A stretch of 64,000 nt of DNA from a virus (IMGVR_UViG_3300037104_000796:64001-128000); one strand, 5' to 3'. Numbered from the stretch's first letter, positions 41,472 through 51,915 are shown. Notes: a model not told the origin generated them from the letters alone. Program-made: numbers and translations.

Positions 41472-41500
41472 ATTATACATCTCAAAAGGAGGAAAGTTTT
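41472..41500 (-). promoter_or_regulatory. Replication-gene (middle-type) promoter motif (representative of 9 copies)
   Basis: AAAACT(T/A)-N16-TA(T/C/G)AA(T/A) with fixed spacing. Confidence 0.7.
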
Positions 41501-41540
41501 AAGCTTTCACTCCTTTATTATATTTTTAACAAAGTTTTAA

Positions 41541-41789
41541 TTATTTGTGTTTTTCTCGGTCATTGTTAGGTTCTTCCCAATCTACTTCATTTAAAGCTTC
41601 ATTAATTACTTCTTGAAGTTCATCAAATTCAAATCCTACAACTGCCGCTTCATAAAATAATTCTGTCAATTCCATTACTAAACCTTTGCGATCTTTTGCA
41701 TCATATGATGATCCGCCATCTTCTTTATCACCTTCAAACCAATCTAAATCTGATTCGTTAAGTTTTTCTTTTACAAATTTACCTTTCAT
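41541..41789 (-). CDS. Small acidic protein with L-N-E leader
   Basis: MKGKFVKEKLNE start. Confidence 0.55.
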   Translation of the reverse strand: MKGKFVKEKLNESDLDWFEGDKEDGGSSYDAKDRKGLVMELTELFYEAAVVGFEFDELQEVINEALNEVDWEEPNNDREKHK

Positions 41790-41825
41790 GTTTTCTTGAT
41801 TATTTTCTTTTTAAGATTTATTTAT

Positions 41826-43265
41826 TTATTCATCATCTTCTTCAGAATTTTCATCATTTTCATCGTAAACATCTTGGCCATCCCAAATTGTAACATCATC
41901 TATTACTTCAATATCATCTGTTTCGAATAAGTTAACTACATTAGTTTTATGTCCGACTCCTCTAACAATAGTTGGGTCTGTATAAGCGTTATATGATTTT
42001 TCAGCTACCTTTAACTCTACTTCTTTATCCTTAAGTTTCTTTATTAACTCTTTTATTTCAATTTTAGTTGAAATTAACTCATCAGTAGTAAATTTTCGAG
42101 CTGTCATTCTCTCTAATCTTTCTTGAATTTCTTTCTCATAAGTCTTTAACCATGTGTCAATTTCAGCATTTGATCTTTTCTTAGCGAGTATAAAAGCGAT
42201 AAACAATTCCTTTGCATAATTAAATGTAAGATCAAATTGAAGTTTATCACGTTCGTATAAAGTATTTTTATGTTTAAGTCTTACAACTTGCCATTTATAA
42301 TCTTCAAGATATTGTTCAATTGAATCATAAGTTAGTACTGTGCCGTCTTTTACAAATACAAGATTTTCTGTAACTATAATCGAAAAGGCTTTATGAACAA
42401 ATTTTTGAATATCTTCCCAATCTTTGTCACTGCGTCCTTTATAAATGATATCGATATTTACATTAACTTTTGAATTATCTTCAATACGAATAACTCCTTC
42501 GTATTTGTTAAAAAGATAATCAAATTTCTTTATTACAGATTCATATTTAAGAATTGGTGGAATTTCACGTATTAGCAATTTCTTCCCTTCAACCGCAACT
42601 TTTGAAGAAATTATCCACGATTTATCAATGTTTTTGTACTTTTCAATAGTTCCAGTGAATCCTTCAAAATAAGGTTTTGCAGATTTACGAGTTCCAGCCA
42701 AAAAGTCTTTGATATCACTTAATTTACGTGGAAGTATTGTAGTTTTATAACCTACAGCGATACCAACAATGGGTGAAACAAGTCCTAATGGAATGTCTAA
42801 CCACAATGGATCGTACGGCCCTTCCGGTTCTCTCGTAGTAAGGTAATTGTATTTGCCTAAGATACCATTGGTAGCAGAAGATAAACGCACCGAAGTGTAT
42901 CGTGCTGCTGCAGGGGAGGGACTTACTTCTGTACCAAAAAATCCATCTCCTTCAAGAATGCACATAGCATTTCCAAAAGGACGAGTCAATTTATTGATAG
43001 CTTTTTCAAGAGATGCATCACCGTGGTGATAACCATCCGAAATAACTTTCCCTACTATAGTTAAAGTCTTTACATAATTTGTAGGAGTATTTTTGACGAT
43101 ATAGCGTTGAACTGGAGTCAACGCATCATAAAAGTTTGGAATCCCTCGAGATTCAAGAACATACACAGCATAATCTCGGTATTTTGAATCAATAAACTTT
43201 GAGATTGGAAGTCGAATGATCTTTTCTTTACGTTTGGGTTTCGTTAAATCTTTTGATTTACGCAT
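41826..43265 (-). CDS. gp52: DNA topoisomerase II, GyrA/ParC-like subunit
   Basis: RGIPNFYDALTPVQR, YHHGDASL, AAARYT catalytic Tyr. Confidence 0.92.
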   Translation of the reverse strand: MRKSKDLTKPKRKEKIIRLPISKFIDSKYRDYAVYVLESRGIPNFYDALTPVQRYIVKNTPTNYVKTLTIVGKVISDGYHHGDASLEKAINKLTRPFGNAMCILEGDGFFGTEVSPSPAAARYTSVRLSSATNGILGKYNYLTTREPEGPYDPLWLDIPLGLVSPIVGIAVGYKTTILPRKLSDIKDFLAGTRKSAKPYFEGFTGTIEKYKNIDKSWIISSKVAVEGKKLLIREIPPILKYESVIKKFDYLFNKYEGVIRIEDNSKVNVNIDIIYKGRSDKDWEDIQKFVHKAFSIIVTENLVFVKDGTVLTYDSIEQYLEDYKWQVVRLKHKNTLYERDKLQFDLTFNYAKELFIAFILAKKRSNAEIDTWLKTYEKEIQERLERMTARKFTTDELISTKIEIKELIKKLKDKEVELKVAEKSYNAYTDPTIVRGVGHKTNVVNLFETDDIEVIDDVTIWDGQDVYDENDENSEEDDE

Positions 43266-43274
43266 ATAACGCTT

Positions 43275-43550
43275 TTATTTTTGTTTTGGAAAAAGTGATG
43301 CATCAGCAAAACGAGAAAATCTATCTTTTGGTTCAGGCTGAGGTTCGCTTACTGAAATACTGAAATAAACTTCTTTCTTTTTATTGCCATCTGTAAGTGT
43401 TGCAAATTCTTCTTTTCGACCTGAATTAGGATTGCCTGACGCAAGTTGTGAACTAAGAGATTGAATCAATTCAATAGCCTCTTTGTTATTGAGTCTTACC
43501 ATAAATCCGGGTGTTCCATCTTTAATCTTACTAAAATCAAATATTTCCAT
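43275..43550 (-). CDS. Hypothetical protein
   Basis: ORF in packed array. Confidence 0.5.
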   Translation of the reverse strand: MEIFDFSKIKDGTPGFMVRLNNKEAIELIQSLSSQLASGNPNSGRKEEFATLTDGNKKKEVYFSISVSEPQPEPKDRFSRFADASLFPKQK

Positions 43551-43551
43551 G

Positions 43552-43764
43552 TTATTTTTGTTTAAGACAATTTTTTATAGTGTTGTTTGTATAAAATGCA
43601 CATCCGGTTTTAAAATAGAGTCCGCATTCATCACATATTTTTTGACGATCTTTTTTACCCCTTTTAACTTGTTTGGTTTCATCATAAGAAAAATCTTCGT
43701 TCCAATGTGATAATGGGCCTATATTGTCATTATCATCTTCTAACCAATGATCAAACCAACCCAT
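43552..43764 (-). CDS. Small Cys-containing hypothetical protein
   Basis: CDECG...C...C. Confidence 0.45.
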   Translation of the reverse strand: MGWFDHWLEDDNDNIGPLSHWNEDFSYDETKQVKRGKKDRQKICDECGLYFKTGCAFYTNNTIKNCLKQK

Positions 43765-43890
43765 CTTATTTCCAAATATATTCGATTAACATTTCTAGTA
43801 GCACTAGTCCTACCGTACCGACAATTATGCCAAAAACAATCCATTTGGTTTTATCAAGTTCAGGTTTAACTTCACTATATGATTTTTTCA

Positions 43891-44460
43891 TTATGCTAAT
43901 TTTTTGCCTCTTAATAATTCTCTTAAAAAAAGATTTTTTTCGCCTCCTAAAAATTTAACCCATTCAGGGTACCATTCAGGAAACATTATTTTAAGTTCTT
44001 CAGATGTTTTTCCTTTAAGCATTATGTAGTTTTGAGCTGGCATTTGTTCTGCAGCATCAACTGTCATTTTAACTTCAACGATAAAATCAAAAAAGTTAGG
44101 ATAATTTTTGTAATCCCATACTCTTTCATCTGCAAGAAAACATACTGCAGTAAGAGCATCATTGAGATCGGGTTCATAAAAACTTGATATGTCAATGTTA
44201 TTTTTTTGTAAATTTTCCTGAATTTGATTCAATGTTCCAAACGGAAGCATGATCTCTTCATCAATTTTTGAATTTGTCGTTCCACCATTAAGAACTACCC
44301 AAGTCTTATCATCATCCATAAAGTGTATAAGTTCAGGACGAAGTTGGTGCGTGTACACATATTCCATGCCTGCGTGGCCTGCCTGTATCGCCTGTTGAAT
44401 AGGTGAAATATTGTAGGGTACAAAAAAGTACATCCTATAAGCTAATCTTTTTTCTTCCAT
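43891..44460 (-). CDS. Divergent peptidyl-tRNA hydrolase 2-like protein
   Basis: RMYFFV...QAGHA, VVLNGG, FYEPDLNDALTAVCF. Confidence 0.6.
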   Translation of the reverse strand: MEEKRLAYRMYFFVPYNISPIQQAIQAGHAGMEYVYTHQLRPELIHFMDDDKTWVVLNGGTTNSKIDEEIMLPFGTLNQIQENLQKNNIDISSFYEPDLNDALTAVCFLADERVWDYKNYPNFFDFIVEVKMTVDAAEQMPAQNYIMLKGKTSEELKIMFPEWYPEWVKFLGGEKNLFLRELLRGKKLA

Positions 44461-44507
44461 AGTACTAATATAATCAATTTTTCTGACAAATAAAAATATT
44501 TGACCAT

Positions 44508-44990
44508 TTATTTTATGTCACGTCTAACTTTCATCAAAACCTTCCCAAGAAGATTAAGGCCATTCCAGTTCTTTTCGTCCAATATTCGATCATCGTCCCA
44601 TTTTATTTTAACACCCCAAATTGGGTCAAAAGGAGTTCCTTCAACAAGAATTTTATTGCCAGTTTCCAGAAGTTGTTTTTTAAGTTTTGAACTTGATTCA
44701 AATTTAGCTCGTATAGCAATATACATAGAATTTTCACGATATTTTGACCATTCTTCTTCATTGTAATTCTTAACAGTTCTTCCTAAATCTTTTGCTGTTT
44801 TAGGATCACCACCGTATTGAACAATATTCAGAGCTGAATTCTCATCTTTAAAATGTTTTGCTTTTAAGTACATGAACAATTGTTCCGAATTTGTAAATAT
44901 ATGACCTTCATAAGGAATAGTCATGTCATTGGGAATCCAGTTCGATAGGTATGATCCCCAAAAATAAATGTGTGTATCAGTTATTCTCAT
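44508..44990 (-). CDS. NADAR/YbiA family protein
   Basis: LSNW, SEQLFMYLKA, AKDLGR, LLETG..ILVE.TPFDPIWG, GLNLLGKVLM. Confidence 0.92.
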   Translation of the reverse strand: MRITDTHIYFWGSYLSNWIPNDMTIPYEGHIFTNSEQLFMYLKAKHFKDENSALNIVQYGGDPKTAKDLGRTVKNYNEEEWSKYRENSMYIAIRAKFESSSKLKKQLLETGNKILVEGTPFDPIWGVKIKWDDDRILDEKNWNGLNLLGKVLMKVRRDIK

Positions 44991-45131
44991 TTTTTTCTAA
45001 TTTTTCTAATTGTTCTTTAAAAGAATGATATTGTTGGCAAAGTTGATGTGATGCATAAGCATTTCCTGCTTCAGCCATACATTCCCATGTTTCTTCAGTT
45101 TCTTTCATTGCTGCTTTTAATTCTTCTGTAT

Positions 45132-45584
45132 TCATAATAGTGTTAATTTTCCGGTTATCGTGTCTATTTTTTCTGATGCGCAAGGTCCGATAGCGCATGC
45201 CGTTATTGTTATTTCTCCACCAAATTCAGTAAGTCCTTTATCCTCAATAAGAGAACATGGAAGACCGGCAGCTTTTGCAGTTTGATAAATGTTAACCAAT
45301 TCGGCAAGTGAATCAACACCAACTACGATTTTCTTGAACATTCCAGTCATCCATTCATACATTTCATCACCATTATCTCCAAGAGGAAGAGTTATTTTTA
45401 ATTCTTTCTGTTTATAATTCAGTTCAATAGGACTGGCGTTTTCAATTGGTTTGTTCAAATAATTTGGGTACATATAATTGAATATGACTGCCATAGAAGC
45501 GTGACTTCCTTGAGCCACCATTTTGCCTTTTCTCATATTTAAATCCTTTCGGAGTATTATGACTTGTTTTACGTCTTTATTCAT
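45132..45584 (-). CDS. pth2: Peptidyl-tRNA hydrolase type 2
   Basis: KQVIILRKDLNMRKGKMVAQGSHA, KKIVV, IEDKGLTE, TACAIGP. Confidence 0.92.
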   Translation of the reverse strand: MNKDVKQVIILRKDLNMRKGKMVAQGSHASMAVIFNYMYPNYLNKPIENASPIELNYKQKELKITLPLGDNGDEMYEWMTGMFKKIVVGVDSLAELVNIYQTAKAAGLPCSLIEDKGLTEFGGEITITACAIGPCASEKIDTITGKLTLL

Positions 45585-45991
45585 TAAAATAAGGGTTTTA
45601 TATTTTTCTTTTGTTGTAATTGTAATAACTTTTCATCTTTATAATTCCATTCAGGAACTTCAATGCCAATACTTTCTTGAATCCATTTGGCCACGATACG
45701 TCGGTGACAAAATTCTCCTGGGTCTTCCCAACATAGCAATACATTCTTATTAAACATACTTAGAATTGTTTGTGGGTCTAATTTTCCAAGAGTATTTTCT
45801 CTATAAAGTTTTTCATATTCCTTTTGAGTCAATTGACCATTTTTAATTGCAAAAAAGATATCCCTTTCGGGTTCAAGTGCTGGAAATCTTAGACCTGACC
45901 AATCAATTGGAGGATATAAACAAATGGCCACTCCCATTTCTCCTGTGTAATATTTAAAGCAACTTGTCTTCATCAAAAGGTACTCCTGCAA
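45584..45991 (-). CDS. DUF488-like protein
   Basis: LLCWEDPGEFCHRRIVAKWI; true start probably at MKTS. Confidence 0.7.
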   Translation of the reverse strand: MQEYLLMKTSCFKYYTGEMGVAICLYPPIDWSGLRFPALEPERDIFFAIKNGQLTQKEYEKLYRENTLGKLDPQTILSMFNKNVLLCWEDPGEFCHRRIVAKWIQESIGIEVPEWNYKDEKLLQLQQKKNIKPLF

Positions 45992-46595
45992 GTTTCCATT
46001 TCATATCTTTGGCTCTTTCATTTTTCTCTAAACAATCCCAACAACATGTATAAACCCAACCACGAGTTCTTCCTACGTTATTTGTTGTTCCACAAGTTTC
46101 ACATGTTCTATAAGAAAGAGATTGAGCGTAATCAACCATGCCTTCAATAACTTTATCGCCGCCACTGTAATAGAAACAAAGCCCGCCAAATTTTTCTTTA
46201 ATCTGATTTACAGATACTGTGATAGGAGTTTGTTTTTTTCTTGGGGCTTTATTGTAAAGCCATTCAGCAAAAGCAAAAAGTTTTTTCTTTTTGTAGTGTT
46301 TTCTGCGAAGATATGCCTGTAATTTCCACATCCACTTATATTGAAATTCATTGTCTCGATTACGATTTTCATTTTCAAGGTGCCATTTAATATTAGCCAT
46401 GAGTGTATCAAGAATAAGATACCAACCATTTCCTACTTCCATTCCGAACTGTATTGGTTCTACAATTTCTTTTTGTTTCGCTAAGTCTTTAACTTCTTCT
46501 ATCATTGGTTTTTCTCCAATGTAAATTTTTTGCTTAGTGTGTGAAAAAAATTCTGGGTATTTATTTAATAATTTTCTTTGTAGATTTGTGTCCAT
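45954..46595 (-). CDS. Hypothetical phage protein
   Basis: QIKEKFGGLCFY...CETCG...TCC. Confidence 0.6.
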   Translation of the reverse strand: MDTNLQRKLLNKYPEFFSHTKQKIYIGEKPMIEEVKDLAKQKEIVEPIQFGMEVGNGWYLILDTLMANIKWHLENENRNRDNEFQYKWMWKLQAYLRRKHYKKKKLFAFAEWLYNKAPRKKQTPITVSVNQIKEKFGGLCFYYSGGDKVIEGMVDYAQSLSYRTCETCGTTNNVGRTRGWVYTCCWDCLEKNERAKDMKWKLAGVPFDEDKLL

Positions 46596-46607
46596 ATTTA
46601 TAAGTTT

Positions 46608-47504
46608 TTAATTAAGTTCAATGTAATTTTTATCAACTATCATAATATAATTAAATCCGGCAGTGATAGTAGCTTTTTTCTTTTCTTCTATTTGATTTAT
46701 TCCTTGTAATTCAATTATCCAACTACTTTTTATTTCAACTATAAGATTTAATGATGGTATGAAAAAATCTGAATAATAAACTTTATGCTTATCACCAACA
46801 ACATATTTAATTGAAAGTCCTCTTTGTATGTCTGGATATTTATCATAATATTTTTCTAGAAAATCAAATTCAAATGTTCCCTGATACCAAATATTAGTAT
46901 CTCTAAATTTTTTTATTTTATATCCAGATTTTTGAGCTTTTTCAAAAATTTCTTTATTTTGTATTGGATTTTTAACATTGTAGTTTTTGAAGCAAGTTTC
47001 TTCTTTCTTCTTTTTTATTTCATTAGATTGTGATATATTTTCTACACCATAATTTTTTAATAACGTGCCTTTTATTTTTTCCTTTATTTCTTCAGATTGC
47101 CACGGATTATCTACACCATAATGTTCTTTAAGTGTTTTTTTACAAGTTTCTTGATTCCAGCCATTAGGAACACATTTTAAAGAACAATATTGATTAGGCA
47201 CACCTCTTGTAAATTTTACAGGCTTTCCGCAAGTTTTACATATTGGATTTCCATATTGTATAATGTAATTTTTCTCTCTCCATTTTGGGCCTTTATGCCC
47301 TACAGCAAAATCATGAAAAATATTATCTCGATATTCCGGTATTTCGTTGCAATATCCGCATTTACATATAGGCTTAATTCCGTTTAAAATATACTCTATA
47401 TGATAGTCCAGTGGAGATAAATTATGACATTGTTTTAGATGATTATTAAATTTTCTTAAATCTAAAAATTCTTCATTACAAACTTTACATTCATTAGAAT
47501 TCAT
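46608..47504 (-). CDS. Homing endonuclease-like protein, PD-(D/E)xK
   Basis: Paralogue of 26446..27345: YQGTFE...YSDFFIPSLNLIVEIKS; YGVxN repeats. Confidence 0.8.
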   Translation of the reverse strand: MNSNECKVCNEEFLDLRKFNNHLKQCHNLSPLDYHIEYILNGIKPICKCGYCNEIPEYRDNIFHDFAVGHKGPKWREKNYIIQYGNPICKTCGKPVKFTRGVPNQYCSLKCVPNGWNQETCKKTLKEHYGVDNPWQSEEIKEKIKGTLLKNYGVENISQSNEIKKKKEETCFKNYNVKNPIQNKEIFEKAQKSGYKIKKFRDTNIWYQGTFEFDFLEKYYDKYPDIQRGLSIKYVVGDKHKVYYSDFFIPSLNLIVEIKSSWIIELQGINQIEEKKKATITAGFNYIMIVDKNYIELN

Positions 47505-47571
47505 TTTTATTTTATATATCCTATCTAATTCAAAATTGTAATGAATGCGGTGTTAAATTTTTGTTAATGTT

Positions 47572-47886
47572 TTATTCAATACCCGCATGTAAGTGTTTCA
47601 TTGATTTTTGTTTCTTTTCAAAAACATCTTCTATAGGAGTAGAAACATAATGTGAATCTTTTATATGTGAATATGGCTCTACATCTTCAATCTTTAACAT
47701 AAAATTTCCATTCTTATCCCACCCACCGAAAGTTCCTATACTATAAAAATTAAATGGCATTTGTACATAAAATTTCTTATTATATGTTTCAGATTTTTCG
47801 TATAATTCAACAATACGTTTAGCATCAAAATATTCCTTAAATGTTGGCGAAATTTTGTTAATTTGTTTAATTATTTTTTTATTCAT
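47572..47886 (-). CDS. Hypothetical protein
   Basis: ORF. Confidence 0.5.
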   Translation of the reverse strand: MNKKIIKQINKISPTFKEYFDAKRIVELYEKSETYNKKFYVQMPFNFYSIGTFGGWDKNGNFMLKIEDVEPYSHIKDSHYVSTPIEDVFEKKQKSMKHLHAGIE

Positions 47887-47892
47887 AATATT

Positions 47893-49110
47893 TTAATTTC
47901 CGAAGCCTATTCGTTTTGTTTTTTTGGCATTTGAATTATTATCTGATCCGTAGTAATAAATATCTGCAAGAGACATCGGTTCTTTTACTTCTATTTCTCC
48001 GTTACCCAATTTAGCTAATAAGTTATGTGATTTAATAACGGAAAGTTTTTCAAAATTATAGTTCATTAAAAGTCTTCCTTTACGAGTAAGAGCTTCATCG
48101 ATATTCTTTTCTTTTGTATTGAAAGTTGCTACAATAGAGATATTCAAACAATCTGAAAGCAATCCATCAGTTAAGTTAAGAACATTTGATACTGCGCTAC
48201 TTCTTCCACCATTTCCTCGTTTTTCAAGAACAGGTTCTGCATCTTCTATTATAAGAATTGAATCATTATTCTTCATTAAAAATGGAATGAAAGCTGGATC
48301 AGTAATTGAATCCACCATGTCTGGAGATATAAAAATGATGTTCTTTTTAAGTTTTGAAGTAAGATAACGAATATAAGTTGTTTTGCCTGTTCCTGTTTCA
48401 CCTGGCAAAATAACGAGATTTGTTTTATTCTTACTATTTAGTCCTTCGAGTATTCGCCCTGAAATTTCAGCGAATCCGTCATTATAATTTTCTTCCAGAT
48501 CAACTTTTACTTTTTTAACGTTAAAGCCCATTTTATCATATCCATGATTTGTCTTATAAACAATATAGATTTTATTTTTAGGAACTTTAGGACGTTTGCT
48601 ATTTTTAAGCAATCCAAAAAGTGTATATAAGAATGAATTGGGATCGTGATCGTCTTTAGGATCGTAATAAATAATACCTTTATCAGTTCCATCAACATAC
48701 ATCCACGTTTTCTCCGAGAATCCTATGAGCAATGATGTCACAACAGATTCGGTACTATTTTGGAATGAGGTTTTGATATATGCTGTTGTGGGAATTTCAT
48801 AATATTTGAACATATTTTTAATAAACAAATTAACATCAAATTGTTCAAATCTATATGTGTACGGATGAATCTTGTTATGTTTTTGGTAACAATAAACGTA
48901 ATAGTTTAATTCTGAATATGCATCAACATAAGCTGCCTGACTATCTTCAGGGCATATTAAGGGATGTATATTAAAAAAGGGAATCTCTTTAACATCGGCA
49001 AATTTAAGCACTGGAATTTTTGAAATATCAAGCGCTACATTTTTCCAATCTTGTTCATCTTCGATTATATTGCCCTCATCATCGTATTCATCATATTTTT
49101 CTAAGTTCAT
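47893..49110 (-). CDS. AAA+ ATPase
   Basis: GETGTGKT, IIEDAE, LNLTDGLL, ALTRKGRL. Confidence 0.88.
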   Translation of the reverse strand: MNLEKYDEYDDEGNIIEDEQDWKNVALDISKIPVLKFADVKEIPFFNIHPLICPEDSQAAYVDAYSELNYYVYCYQKHNKIHPYTYRFEQFDVNLFIKNMFKYYEIPTTAYIKTSFQNSTESVVTSLLIGFSEKTWMYVDGTDKGIIYYDPKDDHDPNSFLYTLFGLLKNSKRPKVPKNKIYIVYKTNHGYDKMGFNVKKVKVDLEENYNDGFAEISGRILEGLNSKNKTNLVILPGETGTGKTTYIRYLTSKLKKNIIFISPDMVDSITDPAFIPFLMKNNDSILIIEDAEPVLEKRGNGGRSSAVSNVLNLTDGLLSDCLNISIVATFNTKEKNIDEALTRKGRLLMNYNFEKLSVIKSHNLLAKLGNGEIEVKEPMSLADIYYYGSDNNSNAKKTKRIGFGN

Positions 49111-49196
49111 ATCGTTTGATTGTTCGTTAATTTATCTTAAAATATCAGGAGTTACATCAATACAATTATATCCCGGAATACGTATGTCTCCTTTTT

Positions 49197-51008
49197 TTAT
49201 TTGCCCTCTAGCCATACTTTGCGTTTTTTAGCTGAATCACCAAACGCAATGTCTAAAAATTTACTGGCACTTCTATCGTTTATAATTGAAAAAAGCGTTT
49301 TGTTTTCCATTACGTATTGCCAATCTTTTAATGAAAGTGATCCAAGTCCTTTCAAGTATTTCACTCCTGAAACTTTATTTTTCGTGGAAAAATTTTGAAA
49401 TTCTTCAAATGTAAAGAAATATTTTCTCTCTTTGCCTGCATCACATGAAACTAATGGAGTAATAATTCTATAAAGTCTTTTATCTTCAATGATTTGTGGG
49501 AACCATCGATGGAAAAAACTTATGATTAAAGAACTAATGTGTTGACCATCAGCATCCTCATCAGTCGCAATGATAATTTTATCATATACAGGAAGTTTTT
49601 TGTTTCCTGGCTCAATTTCAAGTATACTCATAATGTCTAACCATTCTACATTTCCAGTAAGATCAGATAACTTACGAGCATTTTTAACTTTTCCTTTAAG
49701 AGCATATATTGCATCAGTTTCAGAATCTCTGGCTTGTTTAACTGAACCTGCGGCAGAAAGCCCTTCTGTAATATAAATGTTTTGCTTAAATCTTGAAGCA
49801 GGACTAAACTTTTCTGAAATCTTACGTTTTGATTGTCTTCCAGCTTTTTTAATTTTATTCATATTATCATTATGCATACGATCTTCAATAGCTTGCTCAA
49901 TATTTCTAGCGATTGCAGATTTTTTCAACAGTTTCATTTGTTTATCCATGAAACGTTCTTTCATATCATCTTCAAGTTCCCAACGACCTGTTACAAGTTT
50001 GGTTTTGTTTTGATCTCCAAATCTCATAAGAGTTGATGGAACATTAAGAGATATCAGTGTTTCATAGAAATGGTGAGCCAAATTGTATTTAAAGTATTCA
50101 TTAACCCAATCATTTACAACTTTCTGGTGTATTCCTGTGCATTGAGAACCGTTAATAAATGACAATGAACAAGAATTTTCATACGCTTCCCAAAGATACA
50201 TAGTGCCATAACTATTCGATACTACAACATGTTCCGTAGGGATAAATCCAGCTGTAATAGGAACAGGTAATTCTTTTCCGTTTTTGATATAATATCCGTG
50301 AATGTTAAGTTTACTAATCACCGGATCGCTTTTTATCAAAAACGTTTTGTATGATAAATATGTCGTAACAATATCAAAATCCCATTTGTAATCAGGAAAC
50401 ATTTCCTTTAAGGGGATGAAAGTAATTTTTGTTCCAAATTTATCTGATGGAACTTTCTTTCGTATTTCTTCATCAACAATTTTAAAGTTATCCCATTTAA
50501 ATCTTACATAATGGGTTTTATTAACAGTCTCAATACTAAATGTTTCAGCTAAAATGTTAACAACTGCAGCACCTACGCCATGTGTTCCAAGAATGTTTGT
50601 GCTTGTATCAATAAAATTCGAACCTGCATGCAATTCTTCTAATGCCGTACGAACAACATTCTTTTTCGTTTTAGGATGCTTTTTAGCAGCATTATGAAAA
50701 CCAAGACCTTCATCAATTACAGTTACTTCATTATTGTCAAAATTGACTTTAACTGTAATGTTTTTCATTTTCCCCTTACAACGTTTTGCTTCATCCAATG
50801 CGTTCTCTACTATTTCAACAAGAAGTTGCATAAAACCTGGCGACCATTTTTTCTCAGCTGCAATAAGCTTTCCGTCTATGATTAATGGAAGTTTTTCTTC
50901 TATGGGAGATATTTGGCCAATTTGTTGAGTAGGACGTAAACGAACAGATTCAAACGTATTAAGAGCAATGATCTCTTTTGAGTTTTTCTGATCTATTTTT
51001 ATTGGCAT
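49197..51008 (-). CDS. gp39: DNA topoisomerase II, GyrB/ParE-like subunit (gp39 and gp60 domains in one ORF)
   Basis: EIVENALDE, DEGLG, GTHGVG, TEGLSA, LKGK, TDEDADG, YLKGLGS. Confidence 0.93.
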   Translation of the reverse strand: MPIKIDQKNSKEIIALNTFESVRLRPTQQIGQISPIEEKLPLIIDGKLIAAEKKWSPGFMQLLVEIVENALDEAKRCKGKMKNITVKVNFDNNEVTVIDEGLGFHNAAKKHPKTKKNVVRTALEELHAGSNFIDTSTNILGTHGVGAAVVNILAETFSIETVNKTHYVRFKWDNFKIVDEEIRKKVPSDKFGTKITFIPLKEMFPDYKWDFDIVTTYLSYKTFLIKSDPVISKLNIHGYYIKNGKELPVPITAGFIPTEHVVVSNSYGTMYLWEAYENSCSLSFINGSQCTGIHQKVVNDWVNEYFKYNLAHHFYETLISLNVPSTLMRFGDQNKTKLVTGRWELEDDMKERFMDKQMKLLKKSAIARNIEQAIEDRMHNDNMNKIKKAGRQSKRKISEKFSPASRFKQNIYITEGLSAAGSVKQARDSETDAIYALKGKVKNARKLSDLTGNVEWLDIMSILEIEPGNKKLPVYDKIIIATDEDADGQHISSLIISFFHRWFPQIIEDKRLYRIITPLVSCDAGKERKYFFTFEEFQNFSTKNKVSGVKYLKGLGSLSLKDWQYVMENKTLFSIINDRSASKFLDIAFGDSAKKRKVWLEGK

Positions 51009-51036
51009 ATAATTTTTGTATATTATATGAAGATTA

Positions 51037-51324
51037 TTAATTAAGTTTCATAGCATCTTCTGCGATTGCCTTCTCAATATTATCGAGAATATCTTCCTGT
51101 TGTTCTTTAGACAAAGCATTATATGCATCTCGTCTCTTTTTTCTTGCTTCTGCAGAATAAGAAATTTCTGTTTGTTTAAGAATGTCAAAATAATTAACTA
51201 CACCACCAAGAGTTATTAAAGATACAAAAAATCCAGGTGCTATCCAATTGTGATAAAACATTACAGCTGCTATGATCACCATACCTATGATAGCAATCAT
51301 ATACAAAGTTTTTCCTAATTTCAT
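51037..51324 (-). CDS. Small membrane protein
   Basis: Two N-terminal hydrophobic helices. Confidence 0.55.
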   Translation of the reverse strand: MKLGKTLYMIAIIGMVIIAAVMFYHNWIAPGFFVSLITLGGVVNYFDILKQTEISYSAEARKKRRDAYNALSKEQQEDILDNIEKAIAEDAMKLN

Positions 51325-51325
51325 A

Positions 51326-51592
51326 TTATCGAGTTTCTTTAAAAGTTATTTCGCCTTCTAAAATTCCGCGTTTGCTTTTTTCTTTAAATAAAGATGTTTT
51401 TGGAATATCTGTTGATTCCATTGGAACGGTTAAATACCAAAGATTGTCATCTTTCCATGTAACATTAACTAATTTTTCATTAGCTTTAAGTTCAATGGTC
51501 ATTTTGCCACCATATTTTTTAACTCTTGTATTTTTGCATGAAGTAAAAGAAACAAGACTAATAATTGCAAGTAAAATAAAAATTCTTTTCAT
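51326..51592 (-). CDS. Small lipoprotein
   Basis: Signal peptide ending in SFTSC. Confidence 0.65.
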   Translation of the reverse strand: MKRIFILLAIISLVSFTSCKNTRVKKYGGKMTIELKANEKLVNVTWKDDNLWYLTVPMESTDIPKTSLFKEKSKRGILEGEITFKETR

Positions 51593-51885
51593 TATTTGAT
51601 AGGTTTAAGTTGTTTGTATGTTTCAATATTTTCTAGGGCATCGGAACGGTGCGAATCCCAATCATAACTTCTGGTAATTTCACCACTATATTTGCTACTC
51701 CAAAAAGGAGACCATCCAAAAATAATATGAAGCATTTCGGGTCTGTAAAAAGTGATTGTTCCTTTTTTCTTTTCAGCTACGCGAAAAGCTGCTGTTGCAG
51801 GGAACCATTTAAGCCAAACGATAAAGGCTGCAAAAAATAATGCAATGCCTATAATTACGAGTATTGATGCGAGTGTTTCTGACAT
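51592..51885 (-). CDS. Small membrane-anchored protein
   Basis: N-terminal TM helix. Confidence 0.5.
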   Translation of the reverse strand: MSETLASILVIIGIALFFAAFIVWLKWFPATAAFRVAEKKKGTITFYRPEMLHIIFGWSPFWSSKYSGEITRSYDWDSHRSDALENIETYKQLKPIK

Positions 51886-51915
51886 GTTTTTATGTGTTAA
51901 TGGGTTTATATTGTA

